Source of the DNA: an uncultured bacterium
GTDB taxonomy: Bacteria > Bacillota_I > Bacilli_A > RFN20 > CAG-826
Length of the DNA stretch: 64,000 nt
Assembly: GCA_949299335.1 (NCBI GenBank)
Contig: CASGAD010000011.1
Coordinates: 29,162 to 93,161, forward strand
Direction of reading: 5' to 3'
A model generated the notes under the pieces. The model saw only the letters and a list, made by a program, of their open reading frames with translations, had not been told where the DNA came from and did not search any database. The translations under genes were made by a program, and so were the position numbers. This document shows positions 29,645 through 40,193 of the stretch, in pieces. Each line of letters starts with the position of its first letter. Position 1 is the first letter of the stretch.

Positions 29645-30520
29645 ATGGATAATAATTATGATTTTTTATTAAAAATCGGTTTTACTCTTAATGAGGCTAA
29701 AGTATATCTAGCTTTGATTCAAAGTAGAGCTATGAACGGATATGAAGTAGCTAAAGTTTCTGGAGTATCTAGATCTCTAGTTTATGATGTTTTAGATAGA
29801 TTAGTTACTAAAGGATATGTAATTAAGTGTGAAGGTGAAACTAATTTTTATACTGCTTTAGATTATGAAAAAATAATTGATAAGATTAATGATGAAAATC
29901 AGAATAACTTATTAGTGGCTAAAGAAAAATTAAAAACCTTATCTATTAAAGAACATGATTCGGAATATATTTTTAATATCAAAGGATTTACTAAATTTAT
30001 AGAAAAAGCTAAAGAGCTAATTTCTTCATCTAAAAAAGAAATTTCCTTGTCTTTACGGAAAGAAGAGTTCTTACTTCTTGAGGATGATTTAATTAACGCT
30101 ATTAATAGAGGTGTTAAAGTTTATCTTTTTACTTTTAATGATATTACTTTAAAAGGTGCACAAGTATTTTCTTATAAAGTAGAAGATCCTAATAACTTAT
30201 TTCCATACCGAAGAATAACTTTAATTGTTGATAATGTAGATACTTTAGTAGGTGAAAATATTGGAGATAAAAGTATTTCTATTTATACAAAAAACCACGC
30301 TCTAATGAGTTTAACTACAGATGAAATGGTTTTAAATATTTTTTGGCTAAAAATGATTGAACATAAAAATCTTTTAGGGAAATGTAAAACAGCTAAAGGA
30401 TTTTTGGAAGCCTTAAACGCTTTAAAAGATGAAATGAATATTTCTACTAACATGACTAAAAATTTCATGGTTTTTGATTATCAATTTGGAGGAAGTAAAA
30501 ATGGAGATGACAAAAATTGA
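29645..30520 (+). CDS. TrmB-family transcriptional regulator
   Basis: N-terminal FTLNEAKVYLALIQSRAMNGYEVAKVSGVSRSLVYDVLDRLVTKGYV winged-helix region of TrmB type, with a C-terminal TrmB-like sugar-sensing domain. Confidence 0.7.
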   Translation: MDNNYDFLLKIGFTLNEAKVYLALIQSRAMNGYEVAKVSGVSRSLVYDVLDRLVTKGYVIKCEGETNFYTALDYEKIIDKINDENQNNLLVAKEKLKTLSIKEHDSEYIFNIKGFTKFIEKAKELISSSKKEISLSLRKEEFLLLEDDLINAINRGVKVYLFTFNDITLKGAQVFSYKVEDPNNLFPYRRITLIVDNVDTLVGENIGDKSISIYTKNHALMSLTTDEMVLNIFWLKMIEHKNLLGKCKTAKGFLEALNALKDEMNISTNMTKNFMVFDYQFGGSKNGDDKN

Positions 30521-31934
30521 AAAACAGCGTCAGCGAGAAGCTAAGGAATTAGTTAGGAGAGAGAAACAATTTAAGTTTAAAGAGAATAAGTTTTATTTAA
30601 TTTACTTATTTATGATTCTTTCGTTAGTTTTCATTACGGATGAGATTGCATCGACTATATCAATACAATTTCAATCTAATATTATTAACGATTTTTTTGT
30701 AACTAATTTAAATATGAGTTACGGGGAAGGTTTATCATTATTTTCTGCACTAGGATTTATTACATATCCAGTTTCTTTGTTAATGGTATTATATCGACCT
30801 TTAGCGGATAAATTTGGTAGAAAGCCTTTTTTAATTATTAATACCTTTTGCATGGCTTTAGGCTTGTTTATAGTGTATTTATCAAGAGAAATAGTGGTTT
30901 ATATGATTGGTGGCACATTAATGGGATTTATGGTTTCCCATGATATGCAAGCTGTTTATATTTTAGAATGTTCTAGCGAAAAAACTAGAGCAAGAAACTA
31001 TTCATTAGTTAAAGCTGTTGCCATTTTAGGAACATTGTTGATACCTTTATTAAGAGCTACATTAATGCAAAATGTTAGTTCAAGATGGCATTTAGTTTAT
31101 TTAGTTCCTGCGATAATTGGATTTGTCCTATCTTTTGTAGCTTTATTATTTGCTAAAGAAACTCATACTTTTTTAACTAATAGAATTAATTATTTAAAAA
31201 CTCCTATCGAAGTTAGAGAAAAAGAGAGTAAAGAAGAGAAAACCAATAATGCACAAGGTGGAATTATTAATGCTCTAAAATTTGCTTTCAAACATAGGCA
31301 ATTAAGATGCTTAATAATTGCATGTACTTTTTTCTATTTAGCTTCGTTAGCTACGTCAACTTATAATACAGTCATGGCAGAATCAGCTAATATGAGTGAA
31401 GAAGCGATAACTTATGCTTTATATTTATATCCAGTTGGAAATGCTTTGGCGACTTTAATAACTGGTTTTATCTCTGATAAATTTGGTAGAAAGACAACAA
31501 TTATTGCAATGGGTACAGCTTCATTGGTTTGCTATAGTTTATTTATTACTAGTGCAATGTTATCATGGACACCATTTTTAACTGGTTTTGCTATTGGTGG
31601 ATTTATGGGCTGCTATTGGGGAGCTGGTGATACAATTGGATCAATTATGTTTTCTGAAAGTGCGCCTACAAATTTGAGATCATCAGTTACTGTTATTAAT
31701 ACTTTATTAAACGGAGTAATTGGCGGAGTTGCTTCAATAATTTCTATGGTTGTAGTACCATTTATTCCTGAAAGTAGCTTTGGTTATTTTTACTTATGCT
31801 TAACAGTTCCTGGCCTATTAGGGGCTGTAATTGTTATGTTAAAATTTGTTGGCGAAACTAAAGGATTAGATTTAAAACAAGTCACAGGATTGGAATGGGA
31901 CAAAGTTAAAAGGGTTGATAAGAAAGAAGAATAA
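30501..31934 (+). CDS. MFS transporter (12 TM)
   Basis: Internally duplicated 6+6 TM topology with an MFS loop motif (DKFGRK twice). Start ATG 30501 (RBS GGAGGAAG) preferred over 30474; overlaps the TrmB gene. Confidence 0.75.
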   Translation: MEMTKIEKQRQREAKELVRREKQFKFKENKFYLIYLFMILSLVFITDEIASTISIQFQSNIINDFFVTNLNMSYGEGLSLFSALGFITYPVSLLMVLYRPLADKFGRKPFLIINTFCMALGLFIVYLSREIVVYMIGGTLMGFMVSHDMQAVYILECSSEKTRARNYSLVKAVAILGTLLIPLLRATLMQNVSSRWHLVYLVPAIIGFVLSFVALLFAKETHTFLTNRINYLKTPIEVREKESKEEKTNNAQGGIINALKFAFKHRQLRCLIIACTFFYLASLATSTYNTVMAESANMSEEAITYALYLYPVGNALATLITGFISDKFGRKTTIIAMGTASLVCYSLFITSAMLSWTPFLTGFAIGGFMGCYWGAGDTIGSIMFSESAPTNLRSSVTVINTLLNGVIGGVASIISMVVVPFIPESSFGYFYLCLTVPGLLGAVIVMLKFVGETKGLDLKQVTGLEWDKVKRVDKKEE

Positions 31935-31935
31935 T

Positions 31936-32721
31936 ATGAATATTAAAATGTTTGAAATTCAAAAAGGGGAAATGCCACTTGAAAATATAAAAGAAACTTG
32001 TGGATTTGCAGGAATTTTTAAAGAAATTGGAGTAATTGGCGATTCTTTATCTAGCGGAGAGTTTGAGTCTACTGATGAAAACGGTAAGGTATGTTACCAT
32101 GATATGTACAATTATTCATGGCCAGCAATACTAGAAAGAATTACAGGTACAAAATATTATAACTATTCTAGAGGTGGAATGAGTTTTAAAGAATTTTATG
32201 AATCATGGGCAAAGCAAAATAACTTTTGGGAAAAACGACAAGCCTATATCGTTGATTTAGGTAATAATGACTTATTTGTTTTTAGACAAAATGTTGGTAG
32301 TGCTAAAGACATTAATTTAGAAGATCCTTCTAAAAATAAAGACACTTATTTCGGCTATATGGGGAAAGTTTTATCTAAACTTAAAAGTTTGGAAAAAGAT
32401 GCAAGAATATTTTTGGTGTCTCTTCAAATTGACCATACATTTAAGGAAAAAGATGAAATGGCTTATTACGTATTAGAAGAAATGAAAAAAGTAGTAAAAA
32501 TGTATTCATTTACTTATTTAATCGATATGACAACATATGGGCCTGTTTATGATGAAAAGGCTAGAGAAAAATTTGCAATGGGATTTCATCCTAATGCAAT
32601 GGGTTATTATGTTTATGCCTTAGCCATTGGAAATTACATTGATTATATAATTAGACAAAATTATAAAGATTTTTTTGAAGTTCCTTTTATTGGAACAGAT
32701 TTAAAAAATTACACAATATAA
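31936..32721 (+). CDS. SGNH/GDSL-type hydrolase, putative
   Basis: GVIGDSLSSGE (GDS(L) block I with the catalytic Ser), a later GNND block and a C-terminal FHPN block (D..H). Overlaps the MFS gene end. Confidence 0.6.
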   Translation: MNIKMFEIQKGEMPLENIKETCGFAGIFKEIGVIGDSLSSGEFESTDENGKVCYHDMYNYSWPAILERITGTKYYNYSRGGMSFKEFYESWAKQNNFWEKRQAYIVDLGNNDLFVFRQNVGSAKDINLEDPSKNKDTYFGYMGKVLSKLKSLEKDARIFLVSLQIDHTFKEKDEMAYYVLEEMKKVVKMYSFTYLIDMTTYGPVYDEKAREKFAMGFHPNAMGYYVYALAIGNYIDYIIRQNYKDFFEVPFIGTDLKNYTI

Positions 32722-32939
32722 AGATGTTAGAAAAGATTATTCAATAGTGAAATTAGAATGCTTTTTATTATGTTTTAAAATCTTATAATCATCTTTTAAA
32801 TAATAATGAGGCAAAAATATGTTTATTTATTTTAAAACTGTTATTTGCTTGTACTAGTTTAGCTATATTTTTTAAATAGGTTCTTAAATATATCTTCATA
32901 ATTTTTTCATATTTAATTAGAATACCAATAGGTAAAATT

Positions 32940-33467
32940 ATGATCGAAACAGAAAGATTAATCTTAAGAAGATTTAATGAAAATGATTTAAATGATGTGT
33001 ACGAGTATTTAACTAAAGCACTGCCTCATTGTTTTTTTGATATGAAAGTAACTTCAATTAACGAAATAAAAGATAAGTTAATTGAAAGAATAGAAGATGA
33101 GTTTTACTTTGCAATAACTTTAAAAGATTCGAATAAAGTAATTGGAGAACTTTTTGGTCATCTTGAAGATGATAAAGAAACTTTTTCTATTTGCTGGCTA
33201 TTAAACAGTAAATATGGAGGTAAGGGTTACGCCTATGAAGGAGCCAAAGCATATTTATCGTATTTATTCAAAATAAAGAATATAAGAAGAATATATGCTT
33301 TTACAGAAATTGATAATTTTCATTCTCAAAAACTATGCGAAAGACTTGGTATGAGAAAAGAAGGGACGTTCATAGATTTTATTTCTTTTGTCAAAGATGA
33401 AACTGGTAAAAAAGTATACGAAACGACCCTTGAATACGCTATTTTAAAGAAAGAGTGGTTTGAATAA
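32940..33467 (+). CDS. GNAT-family N-acetyltransferase (RimJ/RimL-like)
   Basis: ERLILRRFNENDL start. GGKGYAYEGAKAYLSYLF is an acetyl-CoA-binding motif-A-like block. HSQKLCERLGMRKEG is a C-terminal motif typical of RimL-like GNATs. Confidence 0.7.
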   Translation: MIETERLILRRFNENDLNDVYEYLTKALPHCFFDMKVTSINEIKDKLIERIEDEFYFAITLKDSNKVIGELFGHLEDDKETFSICWLLNSKYGGKGYAYEGAKAYLSYLFKIKNIRRIYAFTEIDNFHSQKLCERLGMRKEGTFIDFISFVKDETGKKVYETTLEYAILKKEWFE

Positions 33468-33612
33468 ATTTGTTTTATTTTAAAGGCAGTTTTTTTACTA
33501 ATGGTTAATAATTTTATACAAGTTTCATTAAGATTTTATTAATTTTTATGTTTTTTCATTAATTTTGGTTTAACATTGTTTAAAATAACTAAATGTTAAT
33601 AAGGAGTTTAAT

Positions 33613-36600
33613 ATGAAGAAAAAATTAAGTATTTTGGCAATAACTGCTGTTGCATGTGGTTTTTTAGTTACATCATGTAATAATGTTGAAGAGCCAGATG
33701 TAGAGAAAGATTCTTACAAACTTTCAATTAATAAAGATGAAGGTGTAGAATCGGTAACTGTTTTTAGCGGTGAAACTGAAGTCAAAGATCTTACTCGTAT
33801 TGAAGAAGAGACTGAGTTGACAGCTAAAATTGTATTACTAGATAATTATGAACTTACTGCAGTCACTCTTGATGGTACTGCTTTATCCGCAACTGGAGGA
33901 ACTTATGTTTTTGAGATGCCTAGTAAAGATGCAACTTTAGAGGTTACAACCAGCCAAATCATTTTAAACTATGCGCTCACTATTGAAAAAGATGAAGGTG
34001 TAGAATCTGTCAAAATTTTCGCTGAAGATACTGAAGTTACTGATTTTACATCAATCGCCGAAGGAACTTCTTTGGAATTAAGAGTTACATTAAAGAATCA
34101 TTATAAAATTACTGCTGTGACTTTAGATGAAAAAGCTTTAACAACCGAGGATGGAAACTATGCTTTTTCAATGCCTAGTAATAACGCAAAATTAGCTATT
34201 TCCACCGAAAAAGTTTTTGATAGCGCAGTTGTTGTTAATAATGATTCAGATAAAGGAACATATACATTAACTATCAATGGTGAGGCTTCATCTGACGGGA
34301 AATGTAATGCTGGTGATAATGTATCTTTAACAATTACACCTAATGCTCATTGCAAAGTTTCATCAGTTGTTGTAAACGAAAAGACCATTGAATATACAGG
34401 TGAACCAGTTGTCTTTGAAGCAAAAGAAGGCACCAACAATGTAACAATCTCATATAGCCAAGAATATGTTATGAATTATGCAACTATTGGTTGCAGTTAT
34501 ACTTTATCTGTAAAATCTGGTGATCAGTTAATTACTAGTGGAGACTATGTTTATGAAGGACAATCTTTGACTTTGGAATTATCAGATGGTTGGTTCACTA
34601 GCACAAATGTACAAAAACTTTATTTCTATATTAATGATACTTTTGTAAAAGGCAATGATGAAAACGTTACTATTAGTGATGATTCTTCAACGATAACATA
34701 TAATTTTATTAGCAGTTCACAAGATACAAATATTTATTGCGTTATGAATAATTCTTTTACAACTGATGAAAGCGGAATAAGTATTTCTTTTGAAGAAAAT
34801 GAAAATGTAAGAGTTTTTGGATTTGAAGAAGGCGAGAAATATAGTGGTAATTACCCAACATTTAATTTTACTAAAAATCCAGGATACAATATTACAGGGC
34901 TTAAATTCTCTTATGCAGATGGCACAAGCGAAACATTTGAAGTTTCATCTACTGGAAACTCACCAATTTATTATCAAAATAATGTTAATTCGGGTGCAAT
35001 AATGTATCAATCAACAATAAGCCAAGATGTCGTAATCAGCTTTATTGGAGAAGTCGTTGAGACATATGATATTGAATATGTTGGTTTAGAAAATGTAACT
35101 TTCTCTAGATCACCAGTTAGTTTCTTAAAAACTGCACCAGCTGGCACTTCAGTTGTTGTGACAAATTTAGTTGCTAAAGATAGCAAAAATAGAATTGATA
35201 ATATAACGATTGAAAGTAATGGTGAACCTGTAGCAGATGCGAAGTTTACTCCTGCATCTCAATATAGTGATGCTTCTTATTCATTTACAATGCCAAGTGG
35301 TCCTGTCACAATTACATTTGTAATGAAAGAAAATGGTAAAATTACTGTTAATGCTGATGAAGGTGTTGAAAGTTATTCCGTTCGTGATAAAACCGGATTA
35401 GGATATAGTGAGATTGAGGCTTCTACACCAGGAACAAATTTCTATCTTTATATTCAAGCAAAAGAAGGATTTGCAATTTCTTCAGTTGTAGATGAAAACG
35501 ATAATGTATATAGTCCTATTACTACTAACGAATATGATTACACAACAGGAACAAGTAAAGTAGTAACATATGCTATTGTTCGTATGCCTGAGGATGGATC
35601 AAATATTACTTTGTCAATTAAGACAAGCGCAGCTTATAAAGTTACTTGTTCTGAAGGCGAAAACTACACACTCAATGTTAGTGGATACTCTAATAGTTAT
35701 GCTGAAGGTGCTAAAGTTACATTTAATGGAAGAACTTCAAGTTCTTTATATAATTTTAAAGATGTATATTTAGCTGATAGTAACGGAGAAAAGATTGATG
35801 CCACAATTGATCTTGTTAATAATGGATCTTCTATTAATGGTAGTTTCATGATGCCTGCTAAAGATGTAGTTATTACAGCTGTTGTTGAAAAATTAGATGT
35901 AGATGTTACGCCAATTAATGTTATAAATGAGGTTGAAGGAGTAGAAACTGCTAGCTTATTTAATACATTTAATATTAGTAACTATGCAAGTGGAATATCA
36001 ATTAATTCTTATAGTGAAAGTTTAGAAGCTGTATTTGTTCCAAATACTAGTACTTCAGTTAGTATTGGTTTAAAGAATGATACTTGTGGTGTTAAAGTTA
36101 GCTATGTTTTAAGCGATAATAGCGAAGAAGCATTTAGTGTAAGTAATATAAGTACATATAATGGAACACGTACATATTCATTCGTTAGTAAACCAGTACC
36201 AGAGAATTTATCAGCTATTAAAGTTGTTGTATATGAATTAGATGCTTTAACTTATTCTTTAGATGATAAATCCGGAGATGGATTAACAACTGGTGACTTA
36301 GAATTTACACTTAATTCTGCACAGGTAGATTCGCTTGATGGTGTGGTCTTTGAAGGTGCTAAATTAAAAGTTAATGCTACTAAAGATGCGGGTAGTGGTT
36401 TCGCATATATTGTTAGATTGCTAGATGCAACAACAAAAGAGGAATTAAAGAAAGATTATCAAGGTATTTACACTGTTTATGGAAACTTCGTTATTGAAAT
36501 TACAAAACTAGAAGCATATAAATTTAGTGTTAATACAACAGCTCCTCAAGGTGTTTATGCCACAATTACTCTTACAACGCCAGAAAACACTTCATATGTT

Positions 36601-36810
36601 GATGGAGACTTAATAATCGGAGAAGATAAAGCTGCTGTTAGATTCTATTTATACTTCTCGAGTTCAGAAGAAACAACAATTACTTATGAAGTAAAGGTTG
36701 GTGAAACAGTTATAGATAGTAAAACTGTAGAGAGTCAATATAGTTGGAACTATACAACCAGTGTATTTGATGTAACTGGGGATATAACTGTTACAGTAAC
36801 TGTCGAGTAA
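33613..36810 (+). CDS. Large surface lipoprotein (1065 aa) with tandem ~85-aa beta-rich repeats
   Basis: LVTSCNNVEE lipobox. Repeat 1 DSYKLSINKDEGVESVTVFSGETEV..AVTLDGTAL..YVFEMPSKDATL and repeat 2 ILNYALTIEKDEGVESVKIFAEDTEV..AVTLDEKAL..YAFSMPSNNAKL. Further degenerate repeats follow. Confidence 0.65.
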   Translation: MKKKLSILAITAVACGFLVTSCNNVEEPDVEKDSYKLSINKDEGVESVTVFSGETEVKDLTRIEEETELTAKIVLLDNYELTAVTLDGTALSATGGTYVFEMPSKDATLEVTTSQIILNYALTIEKDEGVESVKIFAEDTEVTDFTSIAEGTSLELRVTLKNHYKITAVTLDEKALTTEDGNYAFSMPSNNAKLAISTEKVFDSAVVVNNDSDKGTYTLTINGEASSDGKCNAGDNVSLTITPNAHCKVSSVVVNEKTIEYTGEPVVFEAKEGTNNVTISYSQEYVMNYATIGCSYTLSVKSGDQLITSGDYVYEGQSLTLELSDGWFTSTNVQKLYFYINDTFVKGNDENVTISDDSSTITYNFISSSQDTNIYCVMNNSFTTDESGISISFEENENVRVFGFEEGEKYSGNYPTFNFTKNPGYNITGLKFSYADGTSETFEVSSTGNSPIYYQNNVNSGAIMYQSTISQDVVISFIGEVVETYDIEYVGLENVTFSRSPVSFLKTAPAGTSVVVTNLVAKDSKNRIDNITIESNGEPVADAKFTPASQYSDASYSFTMPSGPVTITFVMKENGKITVNADEGVESYSVRDKTGLGYSEIEASTPGTNFYLYIQAKEGFAISSVVDENDNVYSPITTNEYDYTTGTSKVVTYAIVRMPEDGSNITLSIKTSAAYKVTCSEGENYTLNVSGYSNSYAEGAKVTFNGRTSSSLYNFKDVYLADSNGEKIDATIDLVNNGSSINGSFMMPAKDVVITAVVEKLDVDVTPINVINEVEGVETASLFNTFNISNYASGISINSYSESLEAVFVPNTSTSVSIGLKNDTCGVKVSYVLSDNSEEAFSVSNISTYNGTRTYSFVSKPVPENLSAIKVVVYELDALTYSLDDKSGDGLTTGDLEFTLNSAQVDSLDGVVFEGAKLKVNATKDAGSGFAYIVRLLDATTKEELKKDYQGIYTVYGNFVIEITKLEAYKFSVNTTAPQGVYATITLTTPENTSYVDGDLIIGEDKAAVRFYLYFSSSEETTITYEVKVGETVIDSKTVESQYSWNYTTSVFDVTGDITVTVTVE
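33709..34209 (+). repeat. Intragenic tandem duplication (2 x ~250 bp) encoding repeats 1 and 2 of the large lipoprotein
   Basis: Both units begin AAAGATGAAGGTGTAGAATC(G/T)GT and keep parallel downstream structure (..ACTGCAGTCACTCTTGATGG.. / ..ACTGCTGTGACTTTAGATGA..). Confidence 0.6.
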
Positions 36811-36840
36811 AATAAATAATAAATTTAAAATTAAAAAACT

Positions 36841-36869
36841 AAATCTGAGATTTAAAATCTCAGATTTTG
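36841..36869 (+). terminator. Rho-independent terminator after the large lipoprotein gene
   Basis: AAATCTGAGAT-ttaaa-ATCTCAGATTT hairpin followed by TTTT. Confidence 0.7.
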
Positions 36870-36878
36870 TGCTATAAT
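36870..36878 (+). promoter_or_regulatory. Extended -10 promoter element (TGcTATAAT) for the metallopeptidase-lipoprotein operon
   Basis: TGCTATAAT lies 30 nt upstream of ATG 36908 with the GAGGAAAG RBS between. Confidence 0.5.
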
Positions 36879-36907
36879 ACGTGTATTTTTGAGGAAAGAA
36901 AGTGTTT

Positions 36908-38641
36908 ATGAAAAAAAGAAAGTTTTTATTAATTGCTATTCCGCTATTTGCATTAAGTTCTTGTACACAAGATATTAGTGGGACAGATGTTAATTATTTG
37001 ACTAACAAAGATAATGGTACGGCAACTATAAGGATTTTTAAAGATGAGTCGGCTACGACAAAGGAAAGATATATATCACCTAAAAATGTTAAAGTTTCAA
37101 TGACTTACAATGACTTAAGTGGAACTTTGTCAAATAACGAAAACGTTTGCCCTTCTGTCGGAGATGTTAATTTGTTAGTTATTCCAGTTCATTTGCCTGG
37201 AAGTACATTTAATACACCAAAAGTTAAAGAAGATATCGAGAAAGCTTTTTTTGGAAAAGACGATCCTGACAATGGATACATGTCTTTAAGTGAATTTTAT
37301 TATGAGTCAAGCTTTGGAAAATTGAATTTTCAAGGGATTGTAACTGATTGGTTTGATGTTGAAAAATATACATCAATAAAATCAATTGGGGATATTACTG
37401 CTGGTACAAATGGTACGATTATTAGTGAAATATTAAGAAAAGCAACTGATTGGGCTTTTGAAAACTATGACATTGATAGAAAAGATTATGATCAAAACAA
37501 TGATGGTAGTTTAGATGGTGTTTGGCTAATATACGATCATTATAATTATTTTAATCAATTTTTATATGATAATAATAGTAGTGATGAGGATTTAAACGAA
37601 GCTTTTTGGAATTATACTAGCTGGGATTGGTATGGAGATGCTCCATCTTTAGAGTCTCCAACAACTAGTGGTTTTTCATGGGCTAGTTTCGATCAATTAT
37701 ATTCTGGTTATGCTGACTATAACGAAGAAGATATTCCTAATTTTTTTGATGATGGATTTGATTCTATAAAATTAGATTCACATACTTTTATTCATGAAAC
37801 TGGCCACTTATTGGGATTGGATGATTTATATACTAGCGATGGTCGTCGTCCAACCGGTTCATCAACAATGATGGATCAAAATATTGGCGATTTCGATCCA
37901 TATTCAAAACTTGTTTTAGGATGGATTACACCATATGTAGTTTATGGAAGTAGTGAAATATTATTAACTCATAATATGTATGATGATCATTCAGTAATTG
38001 TAATACCTTCTAATTATGAAGAAATTTCATCTACAATTGAAAGTTTAGCCGAGGAAGAAAAAGAAACGTTCGTTTATGAATTTAATCCATTTAGTGAATA
38101 CTTAATTATCGATTTATATTCTCCTTTAGGATTAAATTACAAGGATACATATGGAAGTGATGGATATTATGTGCATAATAGGGAAGCATGTATAGCCGAC
38201 ACTGGAGTAAGAATTTATCATTGTGATTCAAGAATTTTTAAATGCACCGTTGTTAATTATGATGGTGGACAAAAAATCTATCGGGATGAAGATGATTTAG
38301 AATGGAATGGCGAAAAATTAACGAAAGATGAAGCTATTATGACTTGCATTAGCAATGAAAGAAATGAATCTACTTCTTTTGGTCTACCTCAATCATTTGA
38401 TTATTTTGAAAGACTAAGATTATTGGAAGCTTCTGGAATTAATTCGTTTGATTTAGCATCATATGGATTAAATGATGGATATGCTACCAAAGAAACACTT
38501 TGGAATATTAATAGTAATAGTTTTGATATTTTAAAATTTGGATATCAATTCTTTAATGGTAAATATACCTATAATGATGGCAGCAATATGCCTTTTAAGG
38601 TGAAAGTAGAAACACTAGTAGGAGTTAAATATGAAAAATAA
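36908..38641 (+). CDS. Zinc metallopeptidase-like lipoprotein, HExxHxxGxxD motif (M6 / immune-inhibitor-A-like), paralog 1
   Basis: FALSSCTQD lipobox. HETGHLLGLDDLY matches the HExxHxxGxxD(x)Y zinc site of M6/InhA-type metzincin-like enzymes. N-terminal VGDVNLLVIPVHLPG strand resembles the M6 N-domain. Confidence 0.6.
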   Translation: MKKRKFLLIAIPLFALSSCTQDISGTDVNYLTNKDNGTATIRIFKDESATTKERYISPKNVKVSMTYNDLSGTLSNNENVCPSVGDVNLLVIPVHLPGSTFNTPKVKEDIEKAFFGKDDPDNGYMSLSEFYYESSFGKLNFQGIVTDWFDVEKYTSIKSIGDITAGTNGTIISEILRKATDWAFENYDIDRKDYDQNNDGSLDGVWLIYDHYNYFNQFLYDNNSSDEDLNEAFWNYTSWDWYGDAPSLESPTTSGFSWASFDQLYSGYADYNEEDIPNFFDDGFDSIKLDSHTFIHETGHLLGLDDLYTSDGRRPTGSSTMMDQNIGDFDPYSKLVLGWITPYVVYGSSEILLTHNMYDDHSVIVIPSNYEEISSTIESLAEEEKETFVYEFNPFSEYLIIDLYSPLGLNYKDTYGSDGYYVHNREACIADTGVRIYHCDSRIFKCTVVNYDGGQKIYRDEDDLEWNGEKLTKDEAIMTCISNERNESTSFGLPQSFDYFERLRLLEASGINSFDLASYGLNDGYATKETLWNINSNSFDILKFGYQFFNGKYTYNDGSNMPFKVKVETLVGVKYEK

Positions 38642-40193
38642 AAGATATATACCTTTTTTAGCCTTATTTTCTGCAATGATTTTGCCACTTTCTAGTTGTG
38701 GGAGTAGCAATGAATCAGAATATAAACAAATGGCTAAAATTACTATTTCAAATGATAAAGTTAATGAGAATAAAGTTTTTAATCCTGATGATGTTCAAAT
38801 TTCAATGACAATGAAAGACTTTGAGAATGAAGCTTATTATAATACTCAAGTTATGCCATCGACTGGAAATGTAAACATTTTAGTTGTACCTGTTTTAATA
38901 CCTGAATATAAAACAATTGATCTTGATAACGATGGACAAGATGATTCTGATAAAGTTTTAGAAGATATAAATACATTGTTTTTTGGCGATCCTGAACAAG
39001 ATGATAGATTAAAATTTGGCAGTGTTAAATCTTTTTACGAAGAATCTAGTTATAATAAACTTCATATTAATGGTGCAATAACTAGTTGGTTTGATGTCGA
39101 AAAAGAGTTAGGCTATACCAAGGCTGCTGAAATTACTAGTGATGTTACTAGTGTTATATTAGAAAAAGCAGTTGAAAATTATAGAAAGTCTAGAAAGGAT
39201 AATATGACACCTTTTGATAGTGACGATGATGGATTTATTGATGCTGTATGGTTAGTCTATTCAGCACCAAATTATACAAATAATGGTCCACATTTAGAAG
39301 ATTATAACTACTGGGCTTATACTTCATGGGCAAATCAAGATAGTGATGGCGATATTAATAAACCTGTTGCTAATGTCTATGGTTGGGCTAGTTTTGATTT
39401 TATGTATGAAGGATATGAAACATCATCGATCGATTCTCATACATTTATACATGAAACTGGGCATTTTTTAGGTCTTTCTGATTATTATTCAACGGATGGC
39501 AATGCACATTATTCTCCTATGGGTAAAGTCGATATGATGGATAATAACATTATTGACCATAACTCATTTTCTAAAATGCTATTAGGATGGACTAAACCAT
39601 ATTTAGTGTACGGAAATGCTGAAATTGATTTAAAATCAATGCAAAACGAAAATGCTTTTATTGTTATTCAAAGTGATGACACTGAAATAAGCAATAGTTT
39701 TAATCCTTTTGACGAATATATTTTAATAGAGTTATATACAAATGAAGGCCTAAATGAAATTGATAGCTATGACATTTACGATAGTGTTTTAGCTCCTCAA
39801 GGTATAGGAGTAAGAATATATCATATAGATAAAAGATTATTTACAATTTCACTAGATGAATTAAATAACAATAATTCAATCCAGTTATATGATGGTATTA
39901 ATAAACAAGAAGGATTTGTTACTCCTATTTCGAATTCTCGAGATAATGATGTCTACAATAATATATTTCATTTGGACAATACAATTAATCTTTTTGATGA
40001 GATAAGATTGATTGAAGCTAATGGCAAGGATACATTTTCAAATGGCGGATATCAAACACTTAAGAGTTATTTTAAAAATGGGGATAGCTTTTCTTTAAAA
40101 ACTCATTCTGCTTTTTTCAAATTTGATGAAAATGGCGACCCAATTTTAAATGATGGGTCAACCTTATCATATACAGTAGGAGTTAATTTATGA
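38631..40193 (+). CDS. Zinc metallopeptidase-like lipoprotein, HExxHxxGxxD motif (M6/InhA-like), paralog 2
   Basis: PLSSCGSSNE lipobox. HETGHFLGLSDYY. Collinear with paralog 1 (e.g. TGNVNILVVPVLIP, SWFDVEK, GWTKPYLVYG vs GWITPYVVYG). Overlaps the upstream gene by 11 nt. Confidence 0.6.
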   Translation: MKNKRYIPFLALFSAMILPLSSCGSSNESEYKQMAKITISNDKVNENKVFNPDDVQISMTMKDFENEAYYNTQVMPSTGNVNILVVPVLIPEYKTIDLDNDGQDDSDKVLEDINTLFFGDPEQDDRLKFGSVKSFYEESSYNKLHINGAITSWFDVEKELGYTKAAEITSDVTSVILEKAVENYRKSRKDNMTPFDSDDDGFIDAVWLVYSAPNYTNNGPHLEDYNYWAYTSWANQDSDGDINKPVANVYGWASFDFMYEGYETSSIDSHTFIHETGHFLGLSDYYSTDGNAHYSPMGKVDMMDNNIIDHNSFSKMLLGWTKPYLVYGNAEIDLKSMQNENAFIVIQSDDTEISNSFNPFDEYILIELYTNEGLNEIDSYDIYDSVLAPQGIGVRIYHIDKRLFTISLDELNNNNSIQLYDGINKQEGFVTPISNSRDNDVYNNIFHLDNTINLFDEIRLIEANGKDTFSNGGYQTLKSYFKNGDSFSLKTHSAFFKFDENGDPILNDGSTLSYTVGVNL

